A stretch of DNA of 64,000 nt from an uncultured Thermotogae bacterium (GTDB lineage Bacteria; Bipolaricaulota; Bipolaricaulia; RBG-16-55-9; JAJCYT01), in the NCBI GenBank assembly GCA_964572855.1, contig CAZNGF010000006.1, positions 3,910 through 67,909 of the forward strand, given 5' to 3'. Shown here piece after piece: positions 17,213-26,987 of the stretch. Numbering within the stretch: the stretch's first letter is position 1; each line of letters starts with the position of its first letter. Position numbers and translations under genes: made by a program. The notes under the pieces are model-generated. The model made no database searches, was not told the origin of the DNA, and worked only from the letters and a program-made list of their open reading frames with translations.

Positions 17213-18344
17213 ACAATGCTCTTGCCAGCCCGCGCGCCCAGCGGTCCGCCGCTTGAATCGCCTCCAGCGTTGCGGGCTGGGGATCGTGGCATTCCAGCGC
17301 CTCCCGAATCCCCGCCGCGATATCCGTGAACGGGATTTCTCCGTTCAAGAAGCGCGACACCAGGACCTCGTCGGCCGCGTTGGCGACGGCGGGCGCGGTG
17401 CCGCCGGCCTTGCCCGCTTCCACCACGGCCCCGAACGCGGGGTAGCGCGCGGGGTCGAGTTCCCCGAAATCCAATCTGAGTCCCGCCCAGTCCAGGCGCG
17501 GCGCGTCCAGCGGGCGGTGGCGCGGGGCGGTGAGCGCGAACTGGATCGGCACGCGCATGTCGGGCGCGCCCAGGTGGGCCAAAAACGCCCCGTCGGCCAG
17601 CTCGACCAGGCCGTGGACCACGCTCTGCGGGTGCAGCAGGGCGCGCATGCGCTCGTAGGGGAGCGAAAAGAGCCAGTGCGCCTCGATCAGCTCGAACGCC
17701 TTGTTCACGAGCGTGGCCGAGTCCACCGTGATCCGCGCGCCCATGTTCCAGTTGGGGTGCTTGAGCACGTCGTCCGGCGCCGCGTCCTTCAAGCGCTCCA
17801 GCGGCCAGTCGCGCAGCGCGCCGCCCGAGGCGGTGATCCAGAGGCGCGCGACCTCCTCGGGCTCCCGGCCCTCCAGCAGCTGCCAGAGCGCGCTGTGCTC
17901 GCTGTCGACGGGCAAGAGCTGCGCCCCGCCACACGCCAGCGCTTCTTTCACGAGCTGGCCCCCGACCACGAGCGACTCCTTGTTGGCCAGCGCCACGTCG
18001 ATTCCCGCCTCCAGCGCGGCCAGCGTGGGCGGCAGGCCCGCCGAGCCGACCAGCGCGTTCAACACGCGCTCGGCGCCGCTCTCGGCGGCGCATTGGATCA
18101 GCCCTTCGGGGCCGTGGACGATCTCGACGGACGCCTTCAGGCGTGCAGCGAGCCGGTCGGCTTCGTCGGGCCCTGCCACGCAGACAAGTTGAGGTCGGAA
18201 CCGTTCGATCTGCCCGGCGAGCCGGTCGACGCGGCGCCCGGCGGCCAGCGCGCTGAGTTGGAACGTGTCGGGGTCAAATCCGGAAAGAACGTCGAGCGCT
18301 TGCGTCCCGATGGAGCCGGTGGCGCCGAGGAGGGCGAGCTTCAC
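17211..18344 (-). CDS. dxr: 1-deoxy-D-xylulose-5-phosphate reductoisomerase
   Basis: 377 aa. LLGATGSIGTQALDV NADPH-binding N-terminus, the LANKESLV motif and the NKAFELIEAHWLF C-terminal domain. Confidence 0.95.
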   Translation of the reverse strand: MKLALLGATGSIGTQALDVLSGFDPDTFQLSALAAGRRVDRLAGQIERFRPQLVCVAGPDEADRLAARLKASVEIVHGPEGLIQCAAESGAERVLNALVGSAGLPPTLAALEAGIDVALANKESLVVGGQLVKEALACGGAQLLPVDSEHSALWQLLEGREPEEVARLWITASGGALRDWPLERLKDAAPDDVLKHPNWNMGARITVDSATLVNKAFELIEAHWLFSLPYERMRALLHPQSVVHGLVELADGAFLAHLGAPDMRVPIQFALTAPRHRPLDAPRLDWAGLRLDFGELDPARYPAFGAVVEAGKAGGTAPAVANAADEVLVSRFLNGEIPFTDIAAGIREALECHDPQPATLEAIQAADRWARGLARAL

Positions 18345-20272
18345 GTCCCCTGGGGCTGGCCCTTGGGCTTGGGACCGCCCAGGAGCGTGTCGAGCTGTTC
18401 GGCCTCCAGCGTTTCGACCTCGAGCAGCTTTTTGGCCACGACGTGCAGCGCGTCCAGGTTGCCTCTAAGCAACTCGACCGCCCGCTTGTAGCACGTCTCG
18501 ATGATGCCCTTGATCTCCTTGTCGACCAGCGAGGACATGGCCTCGCTGTGCTCGTGGTTGAGCACCAGGTCCTGGCCCAAAAAGACGTTGCCGTTCTCGC
18601 GAGCCAGGTTGACCGGACCGACGGACTCGCTCATGCCGTAGCTCACCACCATGCGCTTGGCCAAGTCCGTGGCCTTGCGCAGGTCGTCGAAGGCGCCCGT
18701 GCTGATCTCGTCGAACACGACGTCCTCGGCCGCGCGCCCGCCCAGGATGCCGGTGAGCCGTTGCAGCAGCTCCTCCTGGGTGTAGAGGTGCTTGTCCTCC
18801 TCGGGGATGGAGAGCGTGTAGCCCAGCGCGGCGTCGCCGCGCGGGACGATGGTGACGCGGTGCACGGGGTCGGCCTTAGGCAAGAGCCTGCCGACCAGGG
18901 CGTGGCCGGCCTCGTGGTAGGCGATCTTGACCTTCTCCTCGTCGTTGATGAGGTGGCTCTTGCGCTCGATGCCGGCGATCACGCGGTCGATGGCGTCTTC
19001 GAAGTCCTGCATCGAGATCTGCTTGTGTCCGCGACGCGCGGCCAGCAGCGCGGCCTCGTTGCACAGGTTCTGCAGGTCGGCGCCCACGAAGCCCGGCGTG
19101 CGGCGCGCCAGCAATTGCAGGTCGACGTCGTCGGCCAGCTTCTTGGTGTGGGCGTGCACGCCCAGGATGGCCTCGCGCCCGCGCACGTCCGGGGCCGGGA
19201 CCGAGATCTTGCGGTCGAAGCGACCCGGGCGCAACAGCGCGGCGTCCAGGATGTCGGGCCGGTTGGTGGCCGCGATGATGATGACGTGTTCGTTCTTCTC
19301 GAAGCCGTCCATCTCGCTCAGGAGCTGATTCAGGGTCTGCTCGCGCTCGTCGTGGCCGCCGCCGATGCCGGCGCCGCGCTTGCGGCCCACGGCGTCGATC
19401 TCGTCGATGAACACGATCGTGCCGCGCTGGCCCTTGGCCTCCTCCTTGGCGCGCTTGAACAGGTCGCGCACGCGCGCGGCCCCCACGCCCACGAACATCT
19501 CGACGAAGTCCGAGCCCGAGATGGTGAAGAACGGCACGCCCGCCTCGCCCGCGATCGCGCGGGCCAACAGGGTCTTGCCCGTGCCGGGCGAGCCCACCAG
19601 CAGCACGCCCTTGGGGATCTGCGCGCCGATCTCGGTGAACTTCTGCGGGTGGCGCAGGTAGTCCACGATCTCGGAGACCTCTTCCTTGACCTCGTCGATG
19701 CCGGCCACGTCCTGGAACGAGACCTCGGGGTACTCCTTGTTGACGAGCTTGGCCTGGCTGCGCGAGAACGAGAGCGCGTTGGCGCCCTCGCCCTGCATGC
19801 GCCGCATCATGTAGATCCAGATAAACACCAACAGCAAGATGGGCAGGACCGAGATCAGCACCGAGAGGAGCCAGGAGGGGTCTTCCGGGTTCTCGCCGTT
19901 GACCACGACGTCGTTGGCCAGCAGCGTCTCGACCAGCTGGCCGTCCTCCAGCGGGAGCACGGTCTTGAACTGGTCGCCGTTTTGGAGCCGGCCCTCGATC
20001 TCGTTGCCGCGGATGGTCACCTCGACGACCTGGCCGCCCTTGACCTGGGCGATGAACTCGGAGTAGGTCATGTCCGCGCGGGAATCCGACTCGCCGAACA
20101 ACTGCTGCAGCAGGATGAGCGAGAAGATCACCGCGATGATGACGAACGCGATGTTGCGGAAGTTGCGGTTGCGGCGCTGGAAGTCCTCGGCCCGCTTGGG
20201 ATCCTTCAAAGGCGAATCTCCTTCGTGTGCGGCGGTTCCTCGTCTCGATTCCGACGCAATCGATTGTACCAC
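18341..20272 (-). CDS. ftsH: ATP-dependent zinc metalloprotease FtsH
   Basis: 643 aa. TM anchor, AAA Walker A GSPGTGKT, Walker [12 protein letters not shown] region, and the HEAGHAL zinc site. Its stop overlaps the dxr start by 4 nt. Confidence 0.97.
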   Translation of the reverse strand: MVQSIASESRRGTAAHEGDSPLKDPKRAEDFQRRNRNFRNIAFVIIAVIFSLILLQQLFGESDSRADMTYSEFIAQVKGGQVVEVTIRGNEIEGRLQNGDQFKTVLPLEDGQLVETLLANDVVVNGENPEDPSWLLSVLISVLPILLLVFIWIYMMRRMQGEGANALSFSRSQAKLVNKEYPEVSFQDVAGIDEVKEEVSEIVDYLRHPQKFTEIGAQIPKGVLLVGSPGTGKTLLARAIAGEAGVPFFTISGSDFVEMFVGVGAARVRDLFKRAKEEAKGQRGTIVFIDEIDAVGRKRGAGIGGGHDEREQTLNQLLSEMDGFEKNEHVIIIAATNRPDILDAALLRPGRFDRKISVPAPDVRGREAILGVHAHTKKLADDVDLQLLARRTPGFVGADLQNLCNEAALLAARRGHKQISMQDFEDAIDRVIAGIERKSHLINDEEKVKIAYHEAGHALVGRLLPKADPVHRVTIVPRGDAALGYTLSIPEEDKHLYTQEELLQRLTGILGGRAAEDVVFDEISTGAFDDLRKATDLAKRMVVSYGMSESVGPVNLARENGNVFLGQDLVLNHEHSEAMSSLVDKEIKGIIETCYKRAVELLRGNLDALHVVAKKLLEVETLEAEQLDTLLGGPKPKGQPQGT

Positions 20273-20388
20273 GCCGACGGATACCCGTCAAATTGACCAT
20301 TCCTTCTCGTTTTTCGTGCGTGCCGCCTTCGCCGCCCGTTGCGGGAAGGGAAAAACGCTCGACCTTTAGGCGCTTTGCGCGGTGGGGC

Positions 20389-21015
20389 TTACACGCGGCG
20401 CAGCTCGACCACGCGCTCGATCTTGGCGCGCACGAGGTCGACGGCCACGCGGTTGAGCCCCTCGGGGATGATGATGTCGGCGCGTGCCTTGGTGGGCTCG
20501 ACGAACGCCTCGTGCATGGGCTTGACGGTCTCGCGGTACTGGCGCATGACCGAGTCCATCGTGCGGCTGCGCTCGCGGGTGTCGCGCGCCAGGCGGCGCA
20601 GCACGCGCTCGTCGGCCTCGGCGTCGACGTAGACCTTCAAGTCGAGCCGGTGCGTGAGCTCGTCGCCGTAGAGCGCCAGGATGCCTTCGACCACCACGAT
20701 GTGGCCCGGGTGGAGCCGGATGCTCTTGTCCAGCCGTTTGTGGCGCGTGAAGTCGTAGACCGGCATGTCGATGGGCTCGCCGACGCGCAGTTGATCCAGG
20801 TGGTCGATCAGGAGTTCCCACTCGAAGGCGTCGGGGTGGTCGTAGTTGATCCCCTCGCGCTGCTCGAAAGGGAGGTGCTTCATGTCGCGGTAGTAGCTGT
20901 CGAGCGGGACGATGGTGACCCAGTCGTCCGGGATGCCGTCGACCAGGGCGCGGGCGATCGTGGTCTTGCCGCTGCCCGTGCCGCCGGCGATCCCCATGAA
21001 AAACACGTCGCTCAC
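20389..21015 (-). CDS. udk: uridine kinase
   Basis: P-loop GIAGGTGSGKTT, then LDSYY...INYDHPDAFE...VYDF..H, typical of Udk. Start taken at GTG 21015 (AGGAGG 6 nt upstream); the ORF track begins at 21216. Confidence 0.9.
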   Translation of the reverse strand: MSDVFFMGIAGGTGSGKTTIARALVDGIPDDWVTIVPLDSYYRDMKHLPFEQREGINYDHPDAFEWELLIDHLDQLRVGEPIDMPVYDFTRHKRLDKSIRLHPGHIVVVEGILALYGDELTHRLDLKVYVDAEADERVLRRLARDTRERSRTMDSVMRQYRETVKPMHEAFVEPTKARADIIIPEGLNRVAVDLVRAKIERVVELRRV

Positions 21016-21314
21016 ACCGCACCTCCTGGCAAGTCCTGGGGTCAGTGTACCCCTGGCGGTGCGGGACGTCCACACCGGACTTCCGGGGCGCGGGGCGGCC
21101 GCAACGCGTTGTGATTCGCGCCCGAGCGGGTATAGTGTTGCACGGCAAATCACCCCGATCCAACACAAAGCCCGCGCGGTTTTATCCCCGTCAGGCGGAG
21201 CGGCGGTGGCTTGCACATTCTGCCAAGAAAGGACGGTGAGGACGGTGGCTTGTCAAACGCGGAACGCCCGGCCCGCCGGGGCGCGATCCCGCACCGACAA
21301 CCCACGGTCCATTC

Positions 21315-21608
21315 ATGTCGTTTAACTGCCAAATTTGCGGTCAACACTTCCGTAACGCGCCGATGCGCCAGGTCACCCAGACCCGGCCCGTCACCTACGA
21401 GACCCAGATCATCAACGAGAAGGGACGTCAGATCGGGAACGTCAACTCGACCGGCTACGAGGTGTCCCGGGAGGTCGACGTCTGCGCCGACTGCGCCAGC
21501 AAGGAATCCAACGGCGCCGCCGCCCAGGCCGAGGGCAAGGTCGTCAAGAGCACGACCGTCAAGCAGAAGCGCAAGAAGTCCAAGGACAAGGACAAAGACA
21601 AGGACTGA
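21315..21608 (+). CDS. small zinc-ribbon protein with Lys/Asp-rich tail
   Basis: 97 aa. Two CxxC pairs (CQIC ... CADC) about 50 residues apart. The C-terminus is KQKRKKSKDKDKDKD. Local GC is visibly lower than in the neighbours. Confidence 0.55.
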   Translation: MSFNCQICGQHFRNAPMRQVTQTRPVTYETQIINEKGRQIGNVNSTGYEVSREVDVCADCASKESNGAAAQAEGKVVKSTTVKQKRKKSKDKDKDKD

Positions 21609-21649
21609 GCACAGCCCGCGAGGCCTTCGATCGTGGCGGAAAGGCCTTG

Positions 21650-22051
21650 CTAGGCTGCAAGCCCCCAGATCCGGGGGGAGGCCAGCTCGATCGAGTTGCC
21701 GTCCGGGTCGCGAAAGTAGAGCGAGCGCCCGCCCTGGGGCCAGGCCACCTCGGCCTCTATCTCGACGCCAGCCGCTTGCAGATGCGCGCGCCAGCGGGGG
21801 AGGGCATCCTCGGCGGCGGCGAAGGCCACGTGCCCCGGCCCGCGCGCGCCGTGCGGGGGGATGTCGCCGTCGGCCTCGGCGGTGGCGTCGGGGTCGAACA
21901 GCAGGAACACGGCCCCCTCGCAGCGGAAGAAGACGTGCCGTTCGGGAGCGCGCGCGAGCACGGTCAGGCCGAGCACGTCGCGGTAGAACGCTTCCGCTCG
22001 CCCAAGGTCGTCCACGTAGAGGCAGGTTTCCAGGACGCGGCAGGCGCGCAA
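21650..22051 (-). CDS. VOC-family (glyoxalase/bleomycin-resistance/dioxygenase fold) protein
   Basis: 133 aa. LYVDDLGRAEAFYRDVLGL...HVAF...SLYFRDPDGNSIEL is the paired beta-alpha-beta-beta-beta signature. Confidence 0.8.
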   Translation of the reverse strand: MRACRVLETCLYVDDLGRAEAFYRDVLGLTVLARAPERHVFFRCEGAVFLLFDPDATAEADGDIPPHGARGPGHVAFAAAEDALPRWRAHLQAAGVEIEAEVAWPQGGRSLYFRDPDGNSIELASPRIWGLAA

Positions 22052-22063
22052 GCGGATCGCCCC

Positions 22064-22537
22064 TCAGCGCGCCGCGGCCAGCGCGCCCACGGACCCGGAC
22101 AGGTCGAGCTCTGAGCCCACGTTGTAGCCGGCGGTCGCGCCCAGCGCGCTCAGCAGCGGGACCCCGCCGATGAGCACCACCGGCCCCAGGTCCCCCGAGA
22201 CAAACGGCCCGACGTTCTGCAACAGGGTGAGGGCCAGAAACCCCATCCCCTCGCCGGCCGCCCCGCCCACCAGTGCGAGCCAGACGTTGCCCTCGACGCC
22301 GTTGAGGTGGCCCACCAGGCTCACGCCGGCGGTCGCGCCCACCGGCGTCCCGATCAGGTAGCCCAGCGCCCCCGGGGCCAGGCAGGCCAGCCCGCCGTAG
22401 CTGTCGCCGGCGCCCACCGTGCTCAGGCAGGCGAAAAACCCGAGCAAAAAGCCGCCCACGCCGCCGCCCGCCGCGCCCAGCCAGCCGCCCAGCAGCTCGT
22501 AACCGAAAAACGTCCCCGGATCGATGACTTCCATCAC
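22064..22537 (-). CDS. glycine-zipper-rich membrane protein
   Basis: 157 aa, dominated by GxxxG/GG hydrophobic stretches (GGWLGAAGGGVGGFLLGFF...). Confidence 0.55.
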   Translation of the reverse strand: MMEVIDPGTFFGYELLGGWLGAAGGGVGGFLLGFFACLSTVGAGDSYGGLACLAPGALGYLIGTPVGATAGVSLVGHLNGVEGNVWLALVGGAAGEGMGFLALTLLQNVGPFVSGDLGPVVLIGGVPLLSALGATAGYNVGSELDLSGSVGALAAAR

Positions 22538-22629
22538 TCGAACCTCCCTTTGCAGTCAGAAAGCAGTGCTACGCAAACAGCCCCTTCTCCCTTTGAAAAG
22601 GGAAGGGGGGGGAATCCCGCAAAACCCGC

Positions 22630-23004
22630 TCATTCGTCCTCGATGCAGCCCAGCTCCCGCCCCCGCTCGCGCATGGATTCGATGCGCTGGTTCGTCCACC
22701 AGAAGTCGAACAGCGAGACGGCCGTGCCGGCCGCGAAAAAGCCCACGATGACGAGCTTGGGGTCGAAGGGCAGTCCCAGGATGTCTTGTACGTCCAAAAA
22801 GGCCACGGCCCCGGCGAACAGGACGCCGCCGACCGCCGTGCCCACGGCGCGCTGCGCCCGCTCGGGCAGCGGCTCGAACTCCTCCTGCCACACGATGCAG
22901 TCGTAGGTGAAGGGCACGCCCAGGTCTTTGGGTTGGGCGACCAAGGGCTGCGCGCCCGCCGCGACCAAGCCGAGCAGCACCAGTGCGACCACCGTTGCTC
23001 TCAT
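22630..23004 (-). CDS. hypothetical exported/membrane protein
   Basis: 124 aa. Signal peptide MRATVVALVLLGLVAAGAQPLVA and two internal hydrophobic helices. Confidence 0.55.
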   Translation of the reverse strand: MRATVVALVLLGLVAAGAQPLVAQPKDLGVPFTYDCIVWQEEFEPLPERAQRAVGTAVGGVLFAGAVAFLDVQDILGLPFDPKLVIVGFFAAGTAVSLFDFWWTNQRIESMRERGRELGCIEDE

Positions 23005-23159
23005 GTCCCCTCCTCGCGCCGTCGAAGGTAATGAGCGTCACGTTCGGGGGCAAGGTCGCTTGTCCGCCGCCGAGGGGATGTGGTATCTTGGACGCTTGGC
23101 GTCCGGTTGCCTCATCCTTCATCCCTTGCCGGACGCGTCAACCGCGCAACGAAGGAGGC

Positions 23160-24665
23160 ATGTGCGTGAAGGGCGAACACGGTTTGGCCAAGACGTTGAA
23201 GGCAAACGGCGTGGCGCTGGCGGCGGGCGTGTACGGCGACCCGTGCACCGCGCTGCTGCGGGCGCTCAGTGAGGCCGGGGTGCCCGTCGAGGTGAGCGTC
23301 GAGGAGAAGAGCGCGCTGGCCCAGGCGCTCGGGGTCTCGGTGGCTGGTGGGCGTGCCGTGGTGGCCTTCAAGCAGGTGGGCGTCAACGTGGCCGCCGACG
23401 CGCTGGTGGGCGCGGCCACCCACGGGACGGGCGCGGGGCTGCTCGTGCTCGCCGGCGACGACCCCGGCGCGGCCAAGTCGACCAACGAGCAGGACTCGCG
23501 CTGGTACGCGCGCTTGAGCGAGCTGCCCGTGCTCACCCCGCACGACGCCGACGGCCTCGCGCGCGCGGCCGTCGAGGGGCTCGAGCTGTCCGAGACGCTC
23601 GGGCTGCCCGTCCTGCTCCAGCTCACGGCCCGGCTCACCCAGGACGAGGGCGAGGTGGGCGACTACACCGCAAACACGACCGGCGCCTTCGACCGCGACC
23701 GGCCCTGGGGCCGCTTCATGCTGGAGCGGCACAAGTACCTGCACCAGGAAATCTATCCGCGGCTGCTCGAAACAATCGAGGCGTCCGAGCTGCACCGGGT
23801 CACAAGCGGCGATGGCCCCGACGGCGCCATCTCGTGCGGCGGTGCGTCCCAACTGGTCCAGGTTCCAAACCACTTCGCGCTCGGCTACGCCTACCCGCTG
23901 CCCGAACGCAAGCTGGTCGACTATCTCAAGGGGCTGAAACGGGTCCTGATCGTCGAGGAGGTCGCGCCGGTCGTCGAGGAGGCCGTGCGCTCGCTGGCCC
24001 ACGCGCACGGGATCGACGTTTCCGTGCTGGGCCGGCTCAGCGGCCACCTGCCGCGCGTGGGGGCCCTGACGGCCGAGGCCGTGGCCGGCGCCTTCGACCT
24101 CGAACCCGAGGGGTTGAACTTCGACGTGACCCAGGAGCCCAACCAGGGGATATTTCAGCTCCCCTGCGGCGGGTTCGAGCCGCTCTACCGCGCGCTCGAC
24201 GCCGCGCTGCCGGAAGGGTACCCCGTGGCCGGCGACGTGGGCTGTTCCATCCTGCACGGCTACTTCCCGCCGCAGGTGGTGGACACGGCCTACGCGCTCG
24301 GGACGAGCGTGGCCACCGGCGCGGGCCTGAGCTTCAACGGGGACAAGGGCGTGGCGGTCGTGGGCGACACGGGCTTTTTGCACTCGGGGATCACCGCGCT
24401 GCTGAACGCCGCTGCGCACGGGCACGACCTGCTCGTCATCGTGCTCCACAACGGGATCGCCGGCATGACGCCGGGCCACCTGGACCTGCCCGGCATGGAG
24501 CGCATCCCCCTGTTGATCGAGGCCTGCGGCGTTGACGCACTCGACGAGCTCGACGTCGAGGCCGATTCGGAGGCCGACATGCGGGCGGCGATCGAGAAAC
24601 GGCTCGGACAACGGGGCGTCCACGTCGTGCTCGCCCGCGGCCAGGGCCGGATCTGGGGGACGTGA
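23160..24665 (+). CDS. thiamine-diphosphate enzyme related to indolepyruvate:ferredoxin oxidoreductase alpha subunit (IorA-like), lacking Fe-S motifs
   Basis: ATG 23160 follows GAAGGAGG. N-terminal pyrimidine-binding-like domain. C-terminal TPP-binding motif GDVGCS...VAVVGDTGFLHSGITALLNAAAHGHDLLVIVLHNG. Only 6 Cys and no CxxCxxCxxxCP motif. Confidence 0.75.
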   Translation: MCVKGEHGLAKTLKANGVALAAGVYGDPCTALLRALSEAGVPVEVSVEEKSALAQALGVSVAGGRAVVAFKQVGVNVAADALVGAATHGTGAGLLVLAGDDPGAAKSTNEQDSRWYARLSELPVLTPHDADGLARAAVEGLELSETLGLPVLLQLTARLTQDEGEVGDYTANTTGAFDRDRPWGRFMLERHKYLHQEIYPRLLETIEASELHRVTSGDGPDGAISCGGASQLVQVPNHFALGYAYPLPERKLVDYLKGLKRVLIVEEVAPVVEEAVRSLAHAHGIDVSVLGRLSGHLPRVGALTAEAVAGAFDLEPEGLNFDVTQEPNQGIFQLPCGGFEPLYRALDAALPEGYPVAGDVGCSILHGYFPPQVVDTAYALGTSVATGAGLSFNGDKGVAVVGDTGFLHSGITALLNAAAHGHDLLVIVLHNGIAGMTPGHLDLPGMERIPLLIEACGVDALDELDVEADSEADMRAAIEKRLGQRGVHVVLARGQGRIWGT

Positions 24666-26041
24666 TGCGCGCGCTCAGCGAGGCCCAGCTCGACGCGCTC
24701 CGGGGGCTGCTGCCGGCCGAGCGCCTGTCGCGGAACCAAAGCGAGCTGGCCGCGCACGCCCGCGACGAATCGGCGCACGACGAGTCCCCTCCCGACCTCG
24801 TCTTCTACGCGCGGACGACCGAGGAGATCGCGGCGCTGCTGCGCTACTGCAACGCCGAAAACATCCCGGTCACCCCCTGGGGCGCGGGCACGAGCCTGGA
24901 GGCCAACCCCGTGCCCCTGCGCGGCGGGGTCTCGCTGGACCTCGCGCGCATGGACAAAATCCTGGCGGTGCGCCCCGAGGATTTCCAGGTCACGGTCCAG
25001 CCCGGCGTCATCCTGCAGGATTTGAATGAAAAACTCAGCAAACACGGCCTGTTTTTCCCGCCCGACCCGGGCGCGCCCTGCTCGATCGGCGGCATGGTGG
25101 CCAACAACGCCGCCGGCATCCGCGCCATGAAGTACGGCGCCACCAAGGACTACGTGCTGCAGCTCGAGGTCGTGCTGGCCGGTGGGGAGGTCATCCGTTG
25201 CGGCACGCGCGCCATGCGCACCTCGTCCGGCTACGATCTCGTGCACCTGTTCATCGGCTCGGAGGGCACGCTGGGCGTCTTCAGCGAGGTCACGCTCAAG
25301 CTGGCCGGCATCCCGCCGGAGGTGGCGGCGGCTACGGCCTCGTTCCCCGACATGGAGCGAGCCAGCCGCGCCGTGGTCGAACTGGTGCAGGCGGGCCTGA
25401 ACCCGGCCGCGCTCGAGCTGCTCGACCCGGTCACGGTGCGCGACGTCAACGCGTTCAAGGGGCTCGACCTGCCCGAGACGCCGCTGCTGTTTTTGGAGTT
25501 CAGCGGCACGGCGCCCGCGGTCGAGGAGGACGTGTCGCTGGCCCGGACCCTGTGCGAGGAGCACGGCGGCACGGACTACCGCGCCGCGCACGGCCGCGAT
25601 GAGCGCGACGCGCTCTGGGAAGCGCGCCACCACGTGGCCTACGCCGCCGCGGCCGCCAACCCCGGCAAGCGCTTCGTGGCCATGGACGTGGCCGTCCCCC
25701 TCAGCAAGTTCCCCGAAACGGTCGAGCTCGCGCGCGCGACGCTCTCGGCGCACGGGCTGGCCGGCCCCGTCTTTGGCCACGCCGGCGACGGCAACCTGCA
25801 CGTCGTGATTTTCTACGGCGACGGCGAGCGGGAGAAGGTCCAGGCCGCCAACGACGCGATCGTCAACCGGGTCATCGAGCTGGGCGGCACGGCCACGGGC
25901 GAGCACGGCGTGGGCGCGGGCAAGATCCATTTCATGGAGCAGGAACACGGCGCGGGCTACGCGCTCATGCGCCAGCTCAAGGACCTGCTCGATCCGCGCG
26001 GGATCCTGAATCCGGGCAAGATCTTCCCCACGCGAACTTGA
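24662..26041 (+). CDS. FAD-linked oxidase (GlcD / D-lactate dehydrogenase family)
   Basis: 459 aa. PCMH-type FAD-binding domain (VTPWGAGTSLEAN...) and the C-terminal FAD-oxidase domain ending GILNPGKIF. Its start overlaps the upstream stop (GTGATG). Confidence 0.88.
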   Translation: MMRALSEAQLDALRGLLPAERLSRNQSELAAHARDESAHDESPPDLVFYARTTEEIAALLRYCNAENIPVTPWGAGTSLEANPVPLRGGVSLDLARMDKILAVRPEDFQVTVQPGVILQDLNEKLSKHGLFFPPDPGAPCSIGGMVANNAAGIRAMKYGATKDYVLQLEVVLAGGEVIRCGTRAMRTSSGYDLVHLFIGSEGTLGVFSEVTLKLAGIPPEVAAATASFPDMERASRAVVELVQAGLNPAALELLDPVTVRDVNAFKGLDLPETPLLFLEFSGTAPAVEEDVSLARTLCEEHGGTDYRAAHGRDERDALWEARHHVAYAAAAANPGKRFVAMDVAVPLSKFPETVELARATLSAHGLAGPVFGHAGDGNLHVVIFYGDGEREKVQAANDAIVNRVIELGGTATGEHGVGAGKIHFMEQEHGAGYALMRQLKDLLDPRGILNPGKIFPTRT

Positions 26042-26067
26042 GGCGGGCAAGCGCAGCTCGACCGGCC

Positions 26068-26892
26068 CTAACGGAGCTTGCCCGTCAACGTGGTTTGCAA
26101 CGCCTCAAGCTGGGGCCGCACCTGGCGCGCGACCTCGCCGGCTTGGCCGAAGTCCATGAAGGACACGCCGACGATCTCGGGCTTGAAGTGGATGTCCGGC
26201 GCGCCTCGCTTCAGCTTCTCGTCCAGCAGGGCGCCTTGCAGGAGGTCGAGCGCGCGCAGGGCCGACTGGAGCGCGCTGGGGTTGTCGTCCTCGTCGCGGA
26301 CGCGCCCGCTGCTCAGGTCGACGGCGACCGTCAGGTCGTGGTCCTCGCCCAGCGTGTCGTAGGGGAGCTGGCTGACGACGCCCCCGTCGATGAGCAAACG
26401 CGCCCCCACCCGCACGGGCTTGAACAGCCCCGGCACGGCCATGCTCGCCTGGACGGCGGGCTGGAGCTCGCCGGAGGTGAAAACGACCTCCGTGCCCGCG
26501 CTGTAGTCCGTGGCCACGACCTTGAGCGGGAGCTCGAGCTGCTCGAAGGTCGTCAGCTCGAGCCGCTCGAACAGGCGGCCGATGAACCCGTCCGCGCTGA
26601 TCACCCCGCCCCGGTCCCCCTCCAGCGCCAGGCCCCGCAGCCAGTCCAGCAAGCCCTCCCGCTTGGCCAAAACGTCCCGCCACGTGTCGTCCTCGGCGAT
26701 CGTGCGCCGTTCGATCAGCGCGCGGATCTCGCGCCCCGACAGGCCCGAGGCGTAGAGCGCGCCCACCAGCGCGCCGATGCTCGTGCCGGCGATCGCGCTG
26801 GGGCGCACCCCCAGCTCGTCGAACAGCTCCAGCACAAGCGCGTGGGCCACGCCCCACACGCCGCCGCCTCCCAGGGCCAACCCGATACGCAT
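26068..26892 (-). CDS. patatin-like phospholipase
   Basis: GGGGVWG oxyanion motif, GTSIGA nucleophile elbow (GxSxG) and DGG catalytic Asp motif (LLIDGGV). Confidence 0.9.
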   Translation of the reverse strand: MRIGLALGGGGVWGVAHALVLELFDELGVRPSAIAGTSIGALVGALYASGLSGREIRALIERRTIAEDDTWRDVLAKREGLLDWLRGLALEGDRGGVISADGFIGRLFERLELTTFEQLELPLKVVATDYSAGTEVVFTSGELQPAVQASMAVPGLFKPVRVGARLLIDGGVVSQLPYDTLGEDHDLTVAVDLSSGRVRDEDDNPSALQSALRALDLLQGALLDEKLKRGAPDIHFKPEIVGVSFMDFGQAGEVARQVRPQLEALQTTLTGKLR

Positions 26893-26987
26893 CAGGACCT
26901 CCCGTCATTCCGTTGGTCGTTGGCGGGGCGAGTATAGCCCGGACGGGGCGTTGGAGACAGCCCCCGCGCCCCTTGGGTTGAGGCCTT

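Noticed and set aside
21575-21605. AAGGACAAGGACAAAGACAAGGAC repeat as a possible microsatellite or slippage tract.
   Set aside because: It is only four imperfect 6-nt units, and it simply encodes the KDKDKDKD tail of the zinc-ribbon ORF. There is no evidence of length variation from a single sequence.
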